A DNA stretch of 64,000 nucleotides, from positions 448,001 to 512,000 of the forward strand of contig CBDCTH010000004.1 of assembly GCA_965222155.1 (NCBI GenBank). The letters run 5' to 3'. Numbering within the stretch: the first letter of the stretch is position 1; each line of letters begins with the position of its first letter. Below the pieces are notes generated by a model. That model ran no database searches, had not been told where the DNA came from, and worked only from the letters and a program-made list of their open reading frames with translations. This document shows positions 39,640 through 48,807 of the stretch, piece after piece. The position numbers and the translations under genes were made by a program. Source of the stretch: Gammaproteobacteria bacterium (GTDB taxonomy: Bacteria > Pseudomonadota > Gammaproteobacteria > Eutrophobiales > Eutrophobiaceae).

Positions 39640-40809
39640 TCAAATCTGTCTCCTGTTCCCGGCATGATCAATATGTGCCGTCAGGCGGCGCAGGATATTT
39701 TTGGGTGAGCTGGTGGGGCGGGGCAGATTACCCGGTGTGCCCGGTCTGATTTTCAGTTCCGCGAAGCGCGCGCCGTCTATGTCCATGCAGGCATACAGTT
39801 CCCTGATCACGCCCGGGTCGTTGCCGTCCAGGGCCAGGCCGTAGCCGCAGGCCGCGGCGATATCCGCAAAGCTGACGTTGGCCGATACAGTGGCTTGTGC
39901 CCCGGTCGACTCGTGGACGCCGTTGTCCAGTAATATATGGGTCAGGTTGTTTTGCCCGTAACTGCCGATGGTGGAAAAGTTTCCCATGCGCATGAGGGCG
40001 GCGCCGTCTCCATCGACAACGGTAACGTCCAGGTGCGGCCGCGCCAGGGAGATACCCAGGGCAAAGGCGGACGCACAGCCCATCGATCCCACCATATAGA
40101 TCTGGTTGCTGCGGTCGTTAATGGCGTATAACTCCCGTCCGGTGTAACCGGTTGTCCCAATCAGGATGGAATCCTGCACGGGGGTATGATTGATTATCTC
40201 CTTAAGCGCCTGTTCTCGCGTAGTGGAATTTACCAGCGTCCCCACAATACTGCTGCGCCGGCACTGCACGTATGCCCGGGAGGGAATCGATTCGCCTGTT
40301 AGCGGATGCGGGGCGACTGCACCCTGGTCCATCAGCAATGCGTACGGTCTTTGCTCTGCATCGCAATACCGGGTTGCCCGTTCCAGTACGGGACCGATAG
40401 CCCGCTGTTCAACCGGGAAGGGCTCCCAGGGTATGTCCATCAGGTCGAACAGGTCGCCCGTGATTTTCCCCATCAGTTCATGCTGCGGCTCATCCTTGCG
40501 GCCTGGCTTGCCGCGATGGGTGACAATGAGTAATACGGGTACGGCAAAAGTATGCGCCAGCGACGTCAACGGGTTGACCGCATTGCCCAGGCCCGAATTC
40601 TGCATCATAGCGACGGCGCGCTGGCCGCCCAGTGTCAGTCCGGCTGCAGTGGCGACCGCATCGCCCTCATTGGCGGATGAGATGTAGGACAGTTGCTCAT
40701 CATTGATGACGTAATTGATGAACGGGGTCAGGTAGGAACACGGCACGCCGGTATAGCGGCTGAAACCGTGACCTCGCGCAGCCTCAATGAATGTTTCAGC
40801 GGTAATCAT
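39640..40809 (-). CDS. ppd: Phosphonopyruvate decarboxylase
   Basis: GVPCS.L, NEG.A, MQNSGLGN..NPL.SL, DEPQH.LMG, YMVGSMG, DGDGA.LM, HESTG.Q. Confidence 0.93.
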   Translation of the reverse strand: MITAETFIEAARGHGFSRYTGVPCSYLTPFINYVINDEQLSYISSANEGDAVATAAGLTLGGQRAVAMMQNSGLGNAVNPLTSLAHTFAVPVLLIVTHRGKPGRKDEPQHELMGKITGDLFDLMDIPWEPFPVEQRAIGPVLERATRYCDAEQRPYALLMDQGAVAPHPLTGESIPSRAYVQCRRSSIVGTLVNSTTREQALKEIINHTPVQDSILIGTTGYTGRELYAINDRSNQIYMVGSMGCASAFALGISLARPHLDVTVVDGDGAALMRMGNFSTIGSYGQNNLTHILLDNGVHESTGAQATVSANVSFADIAAACGYGLALDGNDPGVIRELYACMDIDGARFAELKIRPGTPGNLPRPTSSPKNILRRLTAHIDHAGNRRQI

Positions 40810-40910
40810 ATTTTTCTGTTTCAGCCGATGCAGAGTAATGACAGGATAGAGTTGCTGCTACAGCCTATCCAAACCTGTCTCTCCGGAACTGCATTAACCA
40901 TTATTAAAGA

Positions 40911-42530
40911 TCAATCAGTAGTAAAATCACCGGCCCTGTCTATATCATTGACGCTGTTCACGTCCAGCCAGTGGCCGTTTATGTAGTGGACGGTGATGGT
41001 CCTGCCTTGCCCGGTCAGGTGGTTGAGCAGGTCGGGCAGGGTCAGTTGATCAAAGCCGGGCTGGTTTTCCAGGGAATCCAGCGCCTGTTCCAGCCATTTC
41101 CTCCCTTCTGCCCTGACCCGCATCATGCCTGTCCAGCGACCGGAGGGGGGGTCAGCTTCGGGGGTTTTTTGTTCCGAGATGCGTTGCAGCTTGACCTTCT
41201 GCATGAACATGGAGCGGTCATCGGGTTTATCGCACCAGGCATAGTCCGGGGTGCCGGTGATCTCAATCTCGTCAACCAGGGAGTCGACGACAATGACTAT
41301 TTCACCGTCCCGTTCCAGCAGGTCCTGCAGGATATACGACCGGAACAGGAGATCGCCGTAGGTGATCACCATATCGTCGTTGAATTTATCCCTGGCGCAG
41401 GCCAGTGAATAGAGTTCACCCGTGGTTTCATAGGCAGTATTCAGGCGCATATCGACGCCGCTGACGTCCAGCGTTTCCGACTTGTACCCGGCAATGACCG
41501 TGATATCGTTGACGGCGCGTTTTCTGAACTCATCAACCAGTCTTTGCAGCAAAGGTTTGCCGCGTATATTCAGCATCGCCTTGGGCCGGTCTTCGGTCAG
41601 ATCATACAAGTTGTTGCCGCGGCTCGCCGCCAGTACCAGTGCGCGGCATTGTCCGGGTGTGTTCAGGTAACGTTCCTGCGCCCGCAGCAATTCGTCCGCG
41701 CCCTGCAGAATGAAAATGCTGTCGACGCTGGTGATGCGGTCTTCGACGCCGGTCAATGTTTCCTGTTCGAAAATTTCCCTGCTTACGTTTTCCATGGCCC
41801 TGACTGACGCGCGGATCATGTGGTTGGCCCAGATAACCAGGCTGATCCCGGCTTTCCTGAATACGTCTACGGGTGTGCTGTAGTATTTTGTCGGTACGAT
41901 TATCAGGGGGCAGGCGCCGTCCCATTCCCTGGCGAAGGCGATGATTTCATCCGGGCGTGATTGCCTGCTGTGTATCAGGATGGCATCGGCCCCGGCTGCG
42001 CAATAAGCCTCGGCCCGTTTCAGTGCCTCATCCATGCCCCAGCCCGCGATCAATGCCTCCACCCGCGCAATAATACAAAAATCAGGGTCTTGCCGGCTGT
42101 CCTTACCTGCCCGGATCTTGCCGCAAAATTCATTGGTATCGGCCAGGGCCTGTTTCTCGCTGTCTATGAAGCTGTTGGTCTTGGGGAATTCCTTGTCTTC
42201 TATACAGACCCCGGCTATGCCGCGTTGTTCGAGTTTTCTGACCAGGCGCCGCATATTATTGAAGTTGCCGTAACCGGTATCGCCATCCAGCAGGATCGGG
42301 ATATCCGTGGCGTCGGACATGAATTCCAGCATGTCGACGACCTGGGTCCAGCTTGCCTCATTACTGTCCCTGACGCAGAACTGGGCCGACATGGCCAGGC
42401 CGCTGGCCCAGATCCCCTTGAACCCTGCCTGCTGCACGAGTTTGGCCGAGATGCCGTTATGGGCTTCCAGCATGAACTCCAGTTCGGGAGATTCGAGCAG
42501 GTCGCGTAATTGTCTGCTTTTAGCCCGCAT
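40911..42530 (-). CDS. pepM: Phosphoenolpyruvate mutase fused to a C-terminal NTP-transferase
   Basis: EAHNG.SA, DGDTGYG, diagnostic [10 protein letters not shown]; C-terminal LAASRG...LT.DRPK.M domain. Confidence 0.95.
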   Translation of the reverse strand: MRAKSRQLRDLLESPELEFMLEAHNGISAKLVQQAGFKGIWASGLAMSAQFCVRDSNEASWTQVVDMLEFMSDATDIPILLDGDTGYGNFNNMRRLVRKLEQRGIAGVCIEDKEFPKTNSFIDSEKQALADTNEFCGKIRAGKDSRQDPDFCIIARVEALIAGWGMDEALKRAEAYCAAGADAILIHSRQSRPDEIIAFAREWDGACPLIIVPTKYYSTPVDVFRKAGISLVIWANHMIRASVRAMENVSREIFEQETLTGVEDRITSVDSIFILQGADELLRAQERYLNTPGQCRALVLAASRGNNLYDLTEDRPKAMLNIRGKPLLQRLVDEFRKRAVNDITVIAGYKSETLDVSGVDMRLNTAYETTGELYSLACARDKFNDDMVITYGDLLFRSYILQDLLERDGEIVIVVDSLVDEIEITGTPDYAWCDKPDDRSMFMQKVKLQRISEQKTPEADPPSGRWTGMMRVRAEGRKWLEQALDSLENQPGFDQLTLPDLLNHLTGQGRTITVHYINGHWLDVNSVNDIDRAGDFTTD

Positions 42531-42731
42531 TACTCACCACCAGGGGTATATTTTCTATCTCCAGGGTATCCTTGAACAGGTATGAATCTACCGGATCGTA
42601 CAGGTATATCTGCCTGTCCTGTTCCGGTTTGATTGAACACAGCTCGGGATAACTGCCTGTATTTATACTATTTCGGGCAGTTGACTGCCTGAATTTTACT
42701 GATTTCCGATAATTTATGTAAGGGACAGGCA

Positions 42732-43466
42732 TTATTTTGCTTTGAACATCTGTGCCGCGCGTTCCGCGTCGGCGGGAAAATCTATCTCGATCCAGTCCCG
42801 GCCGGTGATATCCTCAAATTGGAACAGACCCGGCGTTTCCCTGAGCAGGTCACGGATCGCATCTTCGTAGGGTTCGTCGGCGCGGTTATTCTCGAGGTAT
42901 TCTCCCGTCTTGTGAGCGAGGCGCGCCGATACGGCGGCGTCGAAACGGAAAAAGCCCACTGATTCGCCCTGGTAATCCCAGGTTATATTCGTATCGGGTA
43001 TTTTTCTGAACTCCACCAGCGTATTGCCTGCTACGCATAGTTTTACCGGCTCATCGCCGGGTTCGAAATCCCGATCCAGCAGGAAGCAATTGCCGTACTG
43101 CGTCCTGAACAGGCTGCCAAGGACCTCCGGGTCATACAGCACGTCGGCATCCATCAATATACTGTCTGCCCCGTCGGTCAAAAAATCATATGCGCAATGC
43201 AGGCTCACGACGCTGCCCGCTTCATAGTCCGGATTGACGATGGTTTCGACGGACGCACGACTTTCGACCTGTTCCAGCGCCGCTTCGATTTGATCGTGAC
43301 GGTAACCCGTAACGATGATTATCCGGTCCGTACCCAGGTCATTCAGGATTTCCATGTGCCGCTGCAGCAGGGATTTACCACCGAACTGCAACAAGCATTT
43401 CGGCCGGCCCGCGGCAACGTCCCCCAGACGGTTTCCGCGGCCTGCGGCGAGGATTATTGCTTTCAT
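42732..43466 (-). CDS. Phosphocholine/phosphonate cytidylyltransferase-like NTP-transferase
   Basis: ILAAGRG.RL, PKCLL, DAD, GESVG, W.EIDF..D. Confidence 0.85.
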   Translation of the reverse strand: MKAIILAAGRGNRLGDVAAGRPKCLLQFGGKSLLQRHMEILNDLGTDRIIIVTGYRHDQIEAALEQVESRASVETIVNPDYEAGSVVSLHCAYDFLTDGADSILMDADVLYDPEVLGSLFRTQYGNCFLLDRDFEPGDEPVKLCVAGNTLVEFRKIPDTNITWDYQGESVGFFRFDAAVSARLAHKTGEYLENNRADEPYEDAIRDLLRETPGLFQFEDITGRDWIEIDFPADAERAAQMFKAK

Positions 43467-45208
43467 GCGCTCCCGGAACGATACTTGTTCATTAACTGTT
43501 GCGTGGATGAGTCATGGGATGTTTGAGTCTCAACGTCTGCCAGTTCTCCCGCTATGCGTCCCGCCAGGTTTTTGCCGAGTTCGACCCCCCACTGGTCGAA
43601 GGGGTTGACCCCCCAGATGGCGGCTTCGACAAAGGTCTTGTGCTCGTAGATGGCCAGCAGCATGCCCAGAGTGTACGGGTCGAGCCGGTCGTACAGGATG
43701 GTGGTGCTGGGCCGGTTGCCGTCGAAGTGTCGATGGGGTTCGGCAGAATTGGTCTCGCCCCGCATCAGGGCTTCTCCCTGGGCCAGGCAGTTGGCAACCA
43801 GCAATTCGTGTTGCCTGCTGTCATGACGGCTGTCAAGGGGAAGCAGAAAATCAATGGTTGACAAGCGCGTACCCTGGTGCAGGAACTGGAAAACGGCATG
43901 TTGCGAGTTGCTGCCGACACCGCCCCAGATGACCTGGGAGGTCTTTGTTCCCACCCTGTTTCCCTCCGTGTCGACCGATTTGCCGTTACTCTCCATGACC
44001 AGCTGGCTCAAATAAGCCGGCAATCTTTCCAGCCTTTGATCATAGGGGATAACGGCATGGGCGCCGACGTCAAGAAAGTTGTTATACCAGATACCGAGCA
44101 GGGCCAGGATCACGGGGATATTTTTGCTGAATTCAGCGGACCGGAAGTGTGAATCAACTTCGTGCGCCCCCGCCAGGAAACGCCTGAAATTATCTTCGCC
44201 GATGCTGATGGCGCTGCTCATGCCGACACAGGACCAGATTGAATAACGCCCACCGGTCCAGTCTTCGATCTTGAAATAACGGTCTCGGCCGATGCCGAAA
44301 CGCTCGATTGCGGCGGCGTTTGCCGATACGGCCAGGAAGTGTTTGCCGGTATCCCCGCAACCGTTCTCCCTGAGCCAGTTTTGCGCGCGCTGTGCGTTGA
44401 CCTGGGTTTCCAGTGTCGTGAAGGATTTGGAAGCGACGATAAATAGCGTTGTTTCGGGATGCGCGCGCGCCAGGACGTTCTCGATGTCAAAGGGGTCAAT
44501 GTTGGCGACGAAATCGATGTCTATCCCGTCCTGGTGATATTCGGACAGCGCCTCAATCACCAGGCGCGCACCCAGGTCGGAGCCGCCGATGCCGATGTTC
44601 ACCACCCTGGTTATGGGTTTTCCTGTGGCGCCCATGATCTCTCCGGCGCGTAATCTCTGTACGAACTCGAACATCCTGTTCAATTCCTGACACACCTGCC
44701 GGGCGGTATCGGAAAGGACGCGTTCGCCCTGGATTTCCATCCTTTGGTTCGTCAACGGCACATCCTTGTGCCACTTCTCTGCTTGCGCAGGAATGGTGGC
44801 CTCGTCGCCATCCAGTTGATTGCCGGCTGCCTCGTTGCCATTCCTGCGCAAGCAGGAATCCAGTAACAACCCGGTCCCTTCCTTGCCTTCCGGCGCTCTC
44901 AGCAGGGTATGCAGCGCGGGACGGTGTTCCGTGGTGTTGACTTCGTGTCCTGAGAATAATTCGTCTATCATGTTACCCAGCCCGCGTTGCTCGGCCAACT
45001 CCAACAACAATGACAGGGTTTCGTCAGTGATCAGGTTCTTGGAAAAATCGACAAAAACCCGCTCAAGGCCGAGTGAAAACCGTTGCGCCCGCCCCGGATC
45101 CCGGATAAATTCCTCGCGCAGGCGCAACTGCGCCACCTGCCGCTGGTGTTCTGTAAGGAGGCGCCAAGCCTTTGCCTGTTCCGGCGGATTGTTTTTTTGT
45201 ACTGTCAT
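43463..45208 (-). CDS. pgi: Glucose-6-phosphate isomerase with an in-frame repeat-derived insertion
   Basis: NIGIGGSDLG, SKSFTT.ET, GGRYS, MESNGK, QH...Q..HQG, FDQWGVELGK. Confidence 0.95.
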   Translation of the reverse strand: MTVQKNNPPEQAKAWRLLTEHQRQVAQLRLREEFIRDPGRAQRFSLGLERVFVDFSKNLITDETLSLLLELAEQRGLGNMIDELFSGHEVNTTEHRPALHTLLRAPEGKEGTGLLLDSCLRRNGNEAAGNQLDGDEATIPAQAEKWHKDVPLTNQRMEIQGERVLSDTARQVCQELNRMFEFVQRLRAGEIMGATGKPITRVVNIGIGGSDLGARLVIEALSEYHQDGIDIDFVANIDPFDIENVLARAHPETTLFIVASKSFTTLETQVNAQRAQNWLRENGCGDTGKHFLAVSANAAAIERFGIGRDRYFKIEDWTGGRYSIWSCVGMSSAISIGEDNFRRFLAGAHEVDSHFRSAEFSKNIPVILALLGIWYNNFLDVGAHAVIPYDQRLERLPAYLSQLVMESNGKSVDTEGNRVGTKTSQVIWGGVGSNSQHAVFQFLHQGTRLSTIDFLLPLDSRHDSRQHELLVANCLAQGEALMRGETNSAEPHRHFDGNRPSTTILYDRLDPYTLGMLLAIYEHKTFVEAAIWGVNPFDQWGVELGKNLAGRIAGELADVETQTSHDSSTQQLMNKYRSGSA

Positions 45209-45324
45209 AGGGGAAATCCCTCTATTATAGTAACGACTTAAATCTACCATTCAACTGATAATATTGGAACCTGGCCTCGGTGGAAGATTTTCGGATAAAA
45301 TCGAGTGAAGCCAGGATATCGGGA

Positions 45325-45395
45325 GACCTGACCTTGTATTATCAGGAAAGCGGCAAGGGTTTGCCGCTCGTCTTTATCCCCGGCTGGACGATCTG
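45325..45395 (+). pseudogene. Fragment resembling an alpha/beta hydrolase N-terminus
   Basis: LTLYYQESGKGLPLVFIPGWT, after which similarity is lost. Confidence 0.45.
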
Positions 45396-45560
45396 GTCGC
45401 TTCGTCCATCACCAGCATCTGATATGAGTATATTTCAGGCAAGGTTTTTATTCTCCCACATTCTAAAGCAGGATTAGGGAATATGTCGATGTGACGATAT
45501 ATGCCATTATATCTATACTTGACACCAGCTTACCGGATACATAGCCTGAGAGAGAAGACC

Positions 45561-45758
45561 GTGGCAAGCAGCTTAAATCTATCACTGACAAATGAACTGC
45601 GGAAATTCGTCGATAGTCGAACGGGTGACTCCGGCGTTTACGCAACGCCAAGCGAATATATACGCGACCTGATCCGCCATGATATGGAAGCTGGTACGAT
45701 ACTCAATCATGTATTGGCCAGCCTTGATGATATCAAACGATGTAGTCCGTTTTATTGA
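45561..45758 (+). CDS. ParD-like ribbon-helix-helix antitoxin, orphan and probably truncated
   Basis: LNLSL..EL..FV......G.Y...SEYIRDLIR; no toxin ORF follows. Confidence 0.65.
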   Translation: MASSLNLSLTNELRKFVDSRTGDSGVYATPSEYIRDLIRHDMEAGTILNHVLASLDDIKRCSPFY

Positions 45759-45802
45759 AAATGCTAATTTTGAAAACGTTAATACGCTTTGCCAGGAAGA
45801 AA

Positions 45803-45879
45803 TGGCGCCCTGAAGAGGATTCGAACCTCTGGCCTTCCGCTTAGGAGGCGGACGCTCTATCCTTCTGAGCTATCAGGGC
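45803..45879 (-). tRNA. tRNA-Arg(CCT)
   Basis: GCCCTGA/TCAGGGC acceptor stem, GCTC/GAGC D arm, TCCGC-CTCCTAA-GCGGA anticodon arm, AGAGG-TTCGAAT-CCTCT T arm, encoded CCA. Confidence 0.96.
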
Positions 45880-46011
45880 GTGGCTATACAGTTTACCGGA
45901 AATCCGGTTTCAGTGATGTATCAAGTGTAATTATCAAGTTTAGCAGCAGGCAATAAATGACGCAGGATTGAAACTGCCCGGCATGTGTTGTCCCGGCATA
46001 AATATACTTAA

Positions 46012-46186
46012 GGAACCTCTGATTAAGTCAGAGGTTCCTGCGATACAGGGATGTATCGCCAAATTCAATGACAATAAGTCATTGAATTTGTAAGGAAAAC
46101 AAAAATCACATTTTTGTTTTCCGTGCTCTGGCAAGTCCAGAGCCTGTCCCGTACTTGATACGGGAATGGACTTGTTCAGAGTTTCC
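46012..46186. mobile_element. IS5-like MITE, TTAA duplication
   Basis: ggaacctctgattaagtc ... gacttgttcagagtttcc with TTAA on both sides; carries an extra internal REP. Confidence 0.82.
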
Positions 46187-46311
46187 TTAAACATAAAAGT
46201 TGAATATAATCCCACGCATGAAACCCTGGACTGGCTCGGAGCGTCTGATTTTACCCCGTTAAGACGCGGGGCACTCGGACAGGGCGGCAGTTGTAGAGGT
46301 GCTCTGTCCTG

Positions 46312-46986
46312 ATGCAGAAATATTCAATAATTATTCCCGCGTTGAATGAAGCGGATTATATCGGTGCGACCCTGGAACACCTCCAGGCTGCTCGTGGCCG
46401 GGGCCATGAGGTTATTCTTGTGGATGGCGGCAGTACTGATGACACTTGCAGGATCGCGGCAAGCGGGGTCGATCACGTGCTGGAATGCGCTCCGAGCAGG
46501 GGCGGCCAGATGAATTACGGTGCGCGGATTGCGCGCGGCGATATCTACGTGTTCCTCCATGCAGATTCCTTGCTGCATAGTGAATTTGACCGGAGCCTGG
46601 ATGCGCACTCCGTTTCCGGGAACACCTGGGGGAGCTTTGATATCGGCTTGTCCGGCAATCATTTCATGTTCCGTTGCATTGAGAAGCTCATAAATATCCG
46701 TTCCCGGCTTACCGGTATAGCAACGGGCGACCAGACAATTTTTATCGGCCAGGGTATTTTCCGGCAGATGAACGGCTATGCGGACATTCCCCTGATGGAA
46801 GATTTGGAACTGACCTCAAGACTGAATAAAATCTCCCCACCCATCCGTATCAGCCAGACTGTTATCAGTTCATCCCGCCGTTGGGAAAACAACGGAATCG
46901 CCAGGACAATATTACTCACATGGAAATTAAGGCTCTGTTATGCAATCGGATCCGACCCGCGCGATCTCGTCAAACAGTATCGGTGA
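46312..46986 (+). CDS. GT2 glycosyltransferase, TIGR04283-like
   Basis: SIIIP.LNE, VDGGS.D, R..QMN.GA, FLHAD, GDQ, IPLMED, S.RRW. Confidence 0.85.
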   Translation: MQKYSIIIPALNEADYIGATLEHLQAARGRGHEVILVDGGSTDDTCRIAASGVDHVLECAPSRGGQMNYGARIARGDIYVFLHADSLLHSEFDRSLDAHSVSGNTWGSFDIGLSGNHFMFRCIEKLINIRSRLTGIATGDQTIFIGQGIFRQMNGYADIPLMEDLELTSRLNKISPPIRISQTVISSSRRWENNGIARTILLTWKLRLCYAIGSDPRDLVKQYR

Positions 46987-47581
46987 AACAGCAGAGGTAT
47001 TGCTTGTTTTCACCAAAACGCCCGTGCCGGGGAGGGTGAAAACCCGTCTTATACCGGTTACCAGCGCCGTGCAGGCGGCTGCTATCCATACCAATCTGCT
47101 AAGGCAGACACTCGCAACAGCCCGCAGCTCGTCTGTGCGGGACATTGAATTGTGGTGTATGCCGACCGTGCAGCACCGGTCTCTTATTGACTTCAAGGAA
47201 GAGTTCTTGTTGTTACTGCGAGCCCAGGCCGGCGCGGACCTGGGCGAGCGTATGTATTTCGCCATGGAACAGGCCCTGGAAAACTATCGCCGCGTGGTGC
47301 TTATCGGCAGCGATTGTATTGACTTGACCGCAGCGGATATTGACCTTGCCCTGAAAAAACTGGCTGAAGGTTACGACGTCGTTCTGGGCCCGTCCCTGGA
47401 CGGCGGGTATCACCTGATCGGGTTGACCAGGTTATATCGGCAACTGTTTATGGATATCCCGTGGGGGACAGACGAGGTAATGCAGAAAACCCGGGAGCGG
47501 GTCACCCGGATGGAATTAAAACTGTATGAATTACCCGAGCGACGCGATCTTGATCGGCCCGAGGACCTTCAGTATACGTAA
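46940..47581 (+). CDS. TIGR04282/DUF2064 glycosyltransferase-like protein
   Basis: F.K.P.PGRVKTRL, Q.G.DLGERM, IGSD, V.GP..DGGY.LIG, D.D..ED. Confidence 0.85.
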   Translation: MQSDPTRAISSNSIGETAEVLLVFTKTPVPGRVKTRLIPVTSAVQAAAIHTNLLRQTLATARSSSVRDIELWCMPTVQHRSLIDFKEEFLLLLRAQAGADLGERMYFAMEQALENYRRVVLIGSDCIDLTAADIDLALKKLAEGYDVVLGPSLDGGYHLIGLTRLYRQLFMDIPWGTDEVMQKTRERVTRMELKLYELPERRDLDRPEDLQYT

Positions 47582-47618
47582 CCGGGGAAGCCGGGCTTGA
47601 ATCCGGCAGGTTTCTTAG

Positions 47619-47769
47619 GGAAGCTCTGATCAAGTCCGTCCAGGACTTGTCAGAGCAAGGAAAACAAAAATGCGATTTTTGTTTTCCTTCCAAAATCAAT
47701 GACATATAGTCATTGATTTTGACGGTACATCCTTGTACCGTAGGAACCTCTGACTTAATCAGAGGTTCC
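47619..47769. mobile_element. IS5-like MITE, 151 bp, TTAG duplication
   Basis: ggaagctctgatcaagtc ... gacttaatcagaggttcc flanked by TTAG. Confidence 0.85.
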
Positions 47770-47970
47770 TTAGCTGAAAATCCGCCAGAGAATGGCTGTG
47801 GTCAGTGCCAGGTTAAAGCCGGCCATCCATTGCAGCAGGTTGACTTTTCCGTCCAGACGGTTAAATCTATCTTCCCACGCGGCGACAGCCGTCGCGGCAG
47901 CGCGGGCTTTTGCCTCATCTGCGCCGGCGTTGGTCAGTGCATCATACAGTTCCGTCATCATCATACTCAT
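47770..47970 (-). CDS. Small coiled-coil/TM protein (DUF1640-like)
   Basis: ELYDAL..AGA.E.KA..AA, LL.WM.GF hydrophobic C-terminus. Confidence 0.65.
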   Translation of the reverse strand: MSMMMTELYDALTNAGADEAKARAAATAVAAWEDRFNRLDGKVNLLQWMAGFNLALTTAILWRIFS

Positions 47971-48107
47971 CAGGTTACGCTCCCTGTCTCCGGTTTCAAA
48001 ACATTTATGGACTGTTTACTGGCACAGGGTATTCATCCTCTGTGCCGATTTTGCTGTCATGTTGGCAAAGGTTAGTCGGCGCCGGCATTCTTGTCAAGAT
48101 ATATATA

Positions 48108-48258
48108 GGAAGCTCTGATCAAGTCCGTCCAGGACTTGTCAGAGCACGGAAAACAATAATGCGATTTTTGTTTTCCTTCCAAAATCAATGACATACAGTC
48201 ATTGATTTTGACGGTACATCCTTGTACCGTAGGAACCTCTGACTTAATCAGAGGTTCC
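48108..48258. mobile_element. IS5-like MITE, 151 bp, TATA duplication
   Basis: Near-identical to 47619-47769; flanked by TATA. Confidence 0.85.
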
Positions 48259-48263
48259 TATAC

Positions 48264-48761
48264 TTAATTTGTCTGTGCCTTCTCTTCCTCGGGGCCGTAT
48301 TGCCTGATTAATTTCCGCGCAAGTTTTTCCGCTTCTTCCAGTTCCTCCGGCGAGAGATTCTGCTGGGCCGCCGCTAATGTAGCCATCGATTTCTTATGCT
48401 TGTGCTCAGCGCCTACCCGATACCAGGCATAAGCGTATTCATAATCTTTCGGCACTCCCCTGCCTTTCGTATAAAGCTCTGCCAGCCTGTATTGGGCTTG
48501 TTTGACACGCTGTTCCGCTGATTTACGGAACCATTTCGCCGCTTCTTCGTAGCTTTGCGCTACGCCATTCCCGCGTAAATACATCATGGCAACGTAATAT
48601 TGAGCGAGGCCGTGATCCGAGGTTTCCGCGAGGGAACGCATGGTGTTGAAGGCCTGGTCATATTCGCCTCTGGCATAGGCGTAGACGCCGTCATTAAAAT
48701 CAGCAAGTGCCGGGGTAACCGACAGACATGCCAGGACAATAATCAGGCAAAGGTTTTTCAT
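48264..48761 (-). CDS. Secreted Sel1-like repeat protein
   Basis: Signal peptide; AQY....Y..G.GV......A.KW...A repeats. Confidence 0.9.
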   Translation of the reverse strand: MKNLCLIIVLACLSVTPALADFNDGVYAYARGEYDQAFNTMRSLAETSDHGLAQYYVAMMYLRGNGVAQSYEEAAKWFRKSAEQRVKQAQYRLAELYTKGRGVPKDYEYAYAWYRVGAEHKHKKSMATLAAAQQNLSPEELEEAEKLARKLIRQYGPEEEKAQTN

Positions 48762-48807
48762 AAGTGAATTATACTATGGAACCTCTGATTAAGTCAGAGT
48801 TTTCCTG

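Noticed and set aside
47619-48258. Composite transposon carrying the small ORF between two MITEs
   Set aside because: Each MITE has its own distinct target duplication (TTAG, TATA), indicating separate insertions
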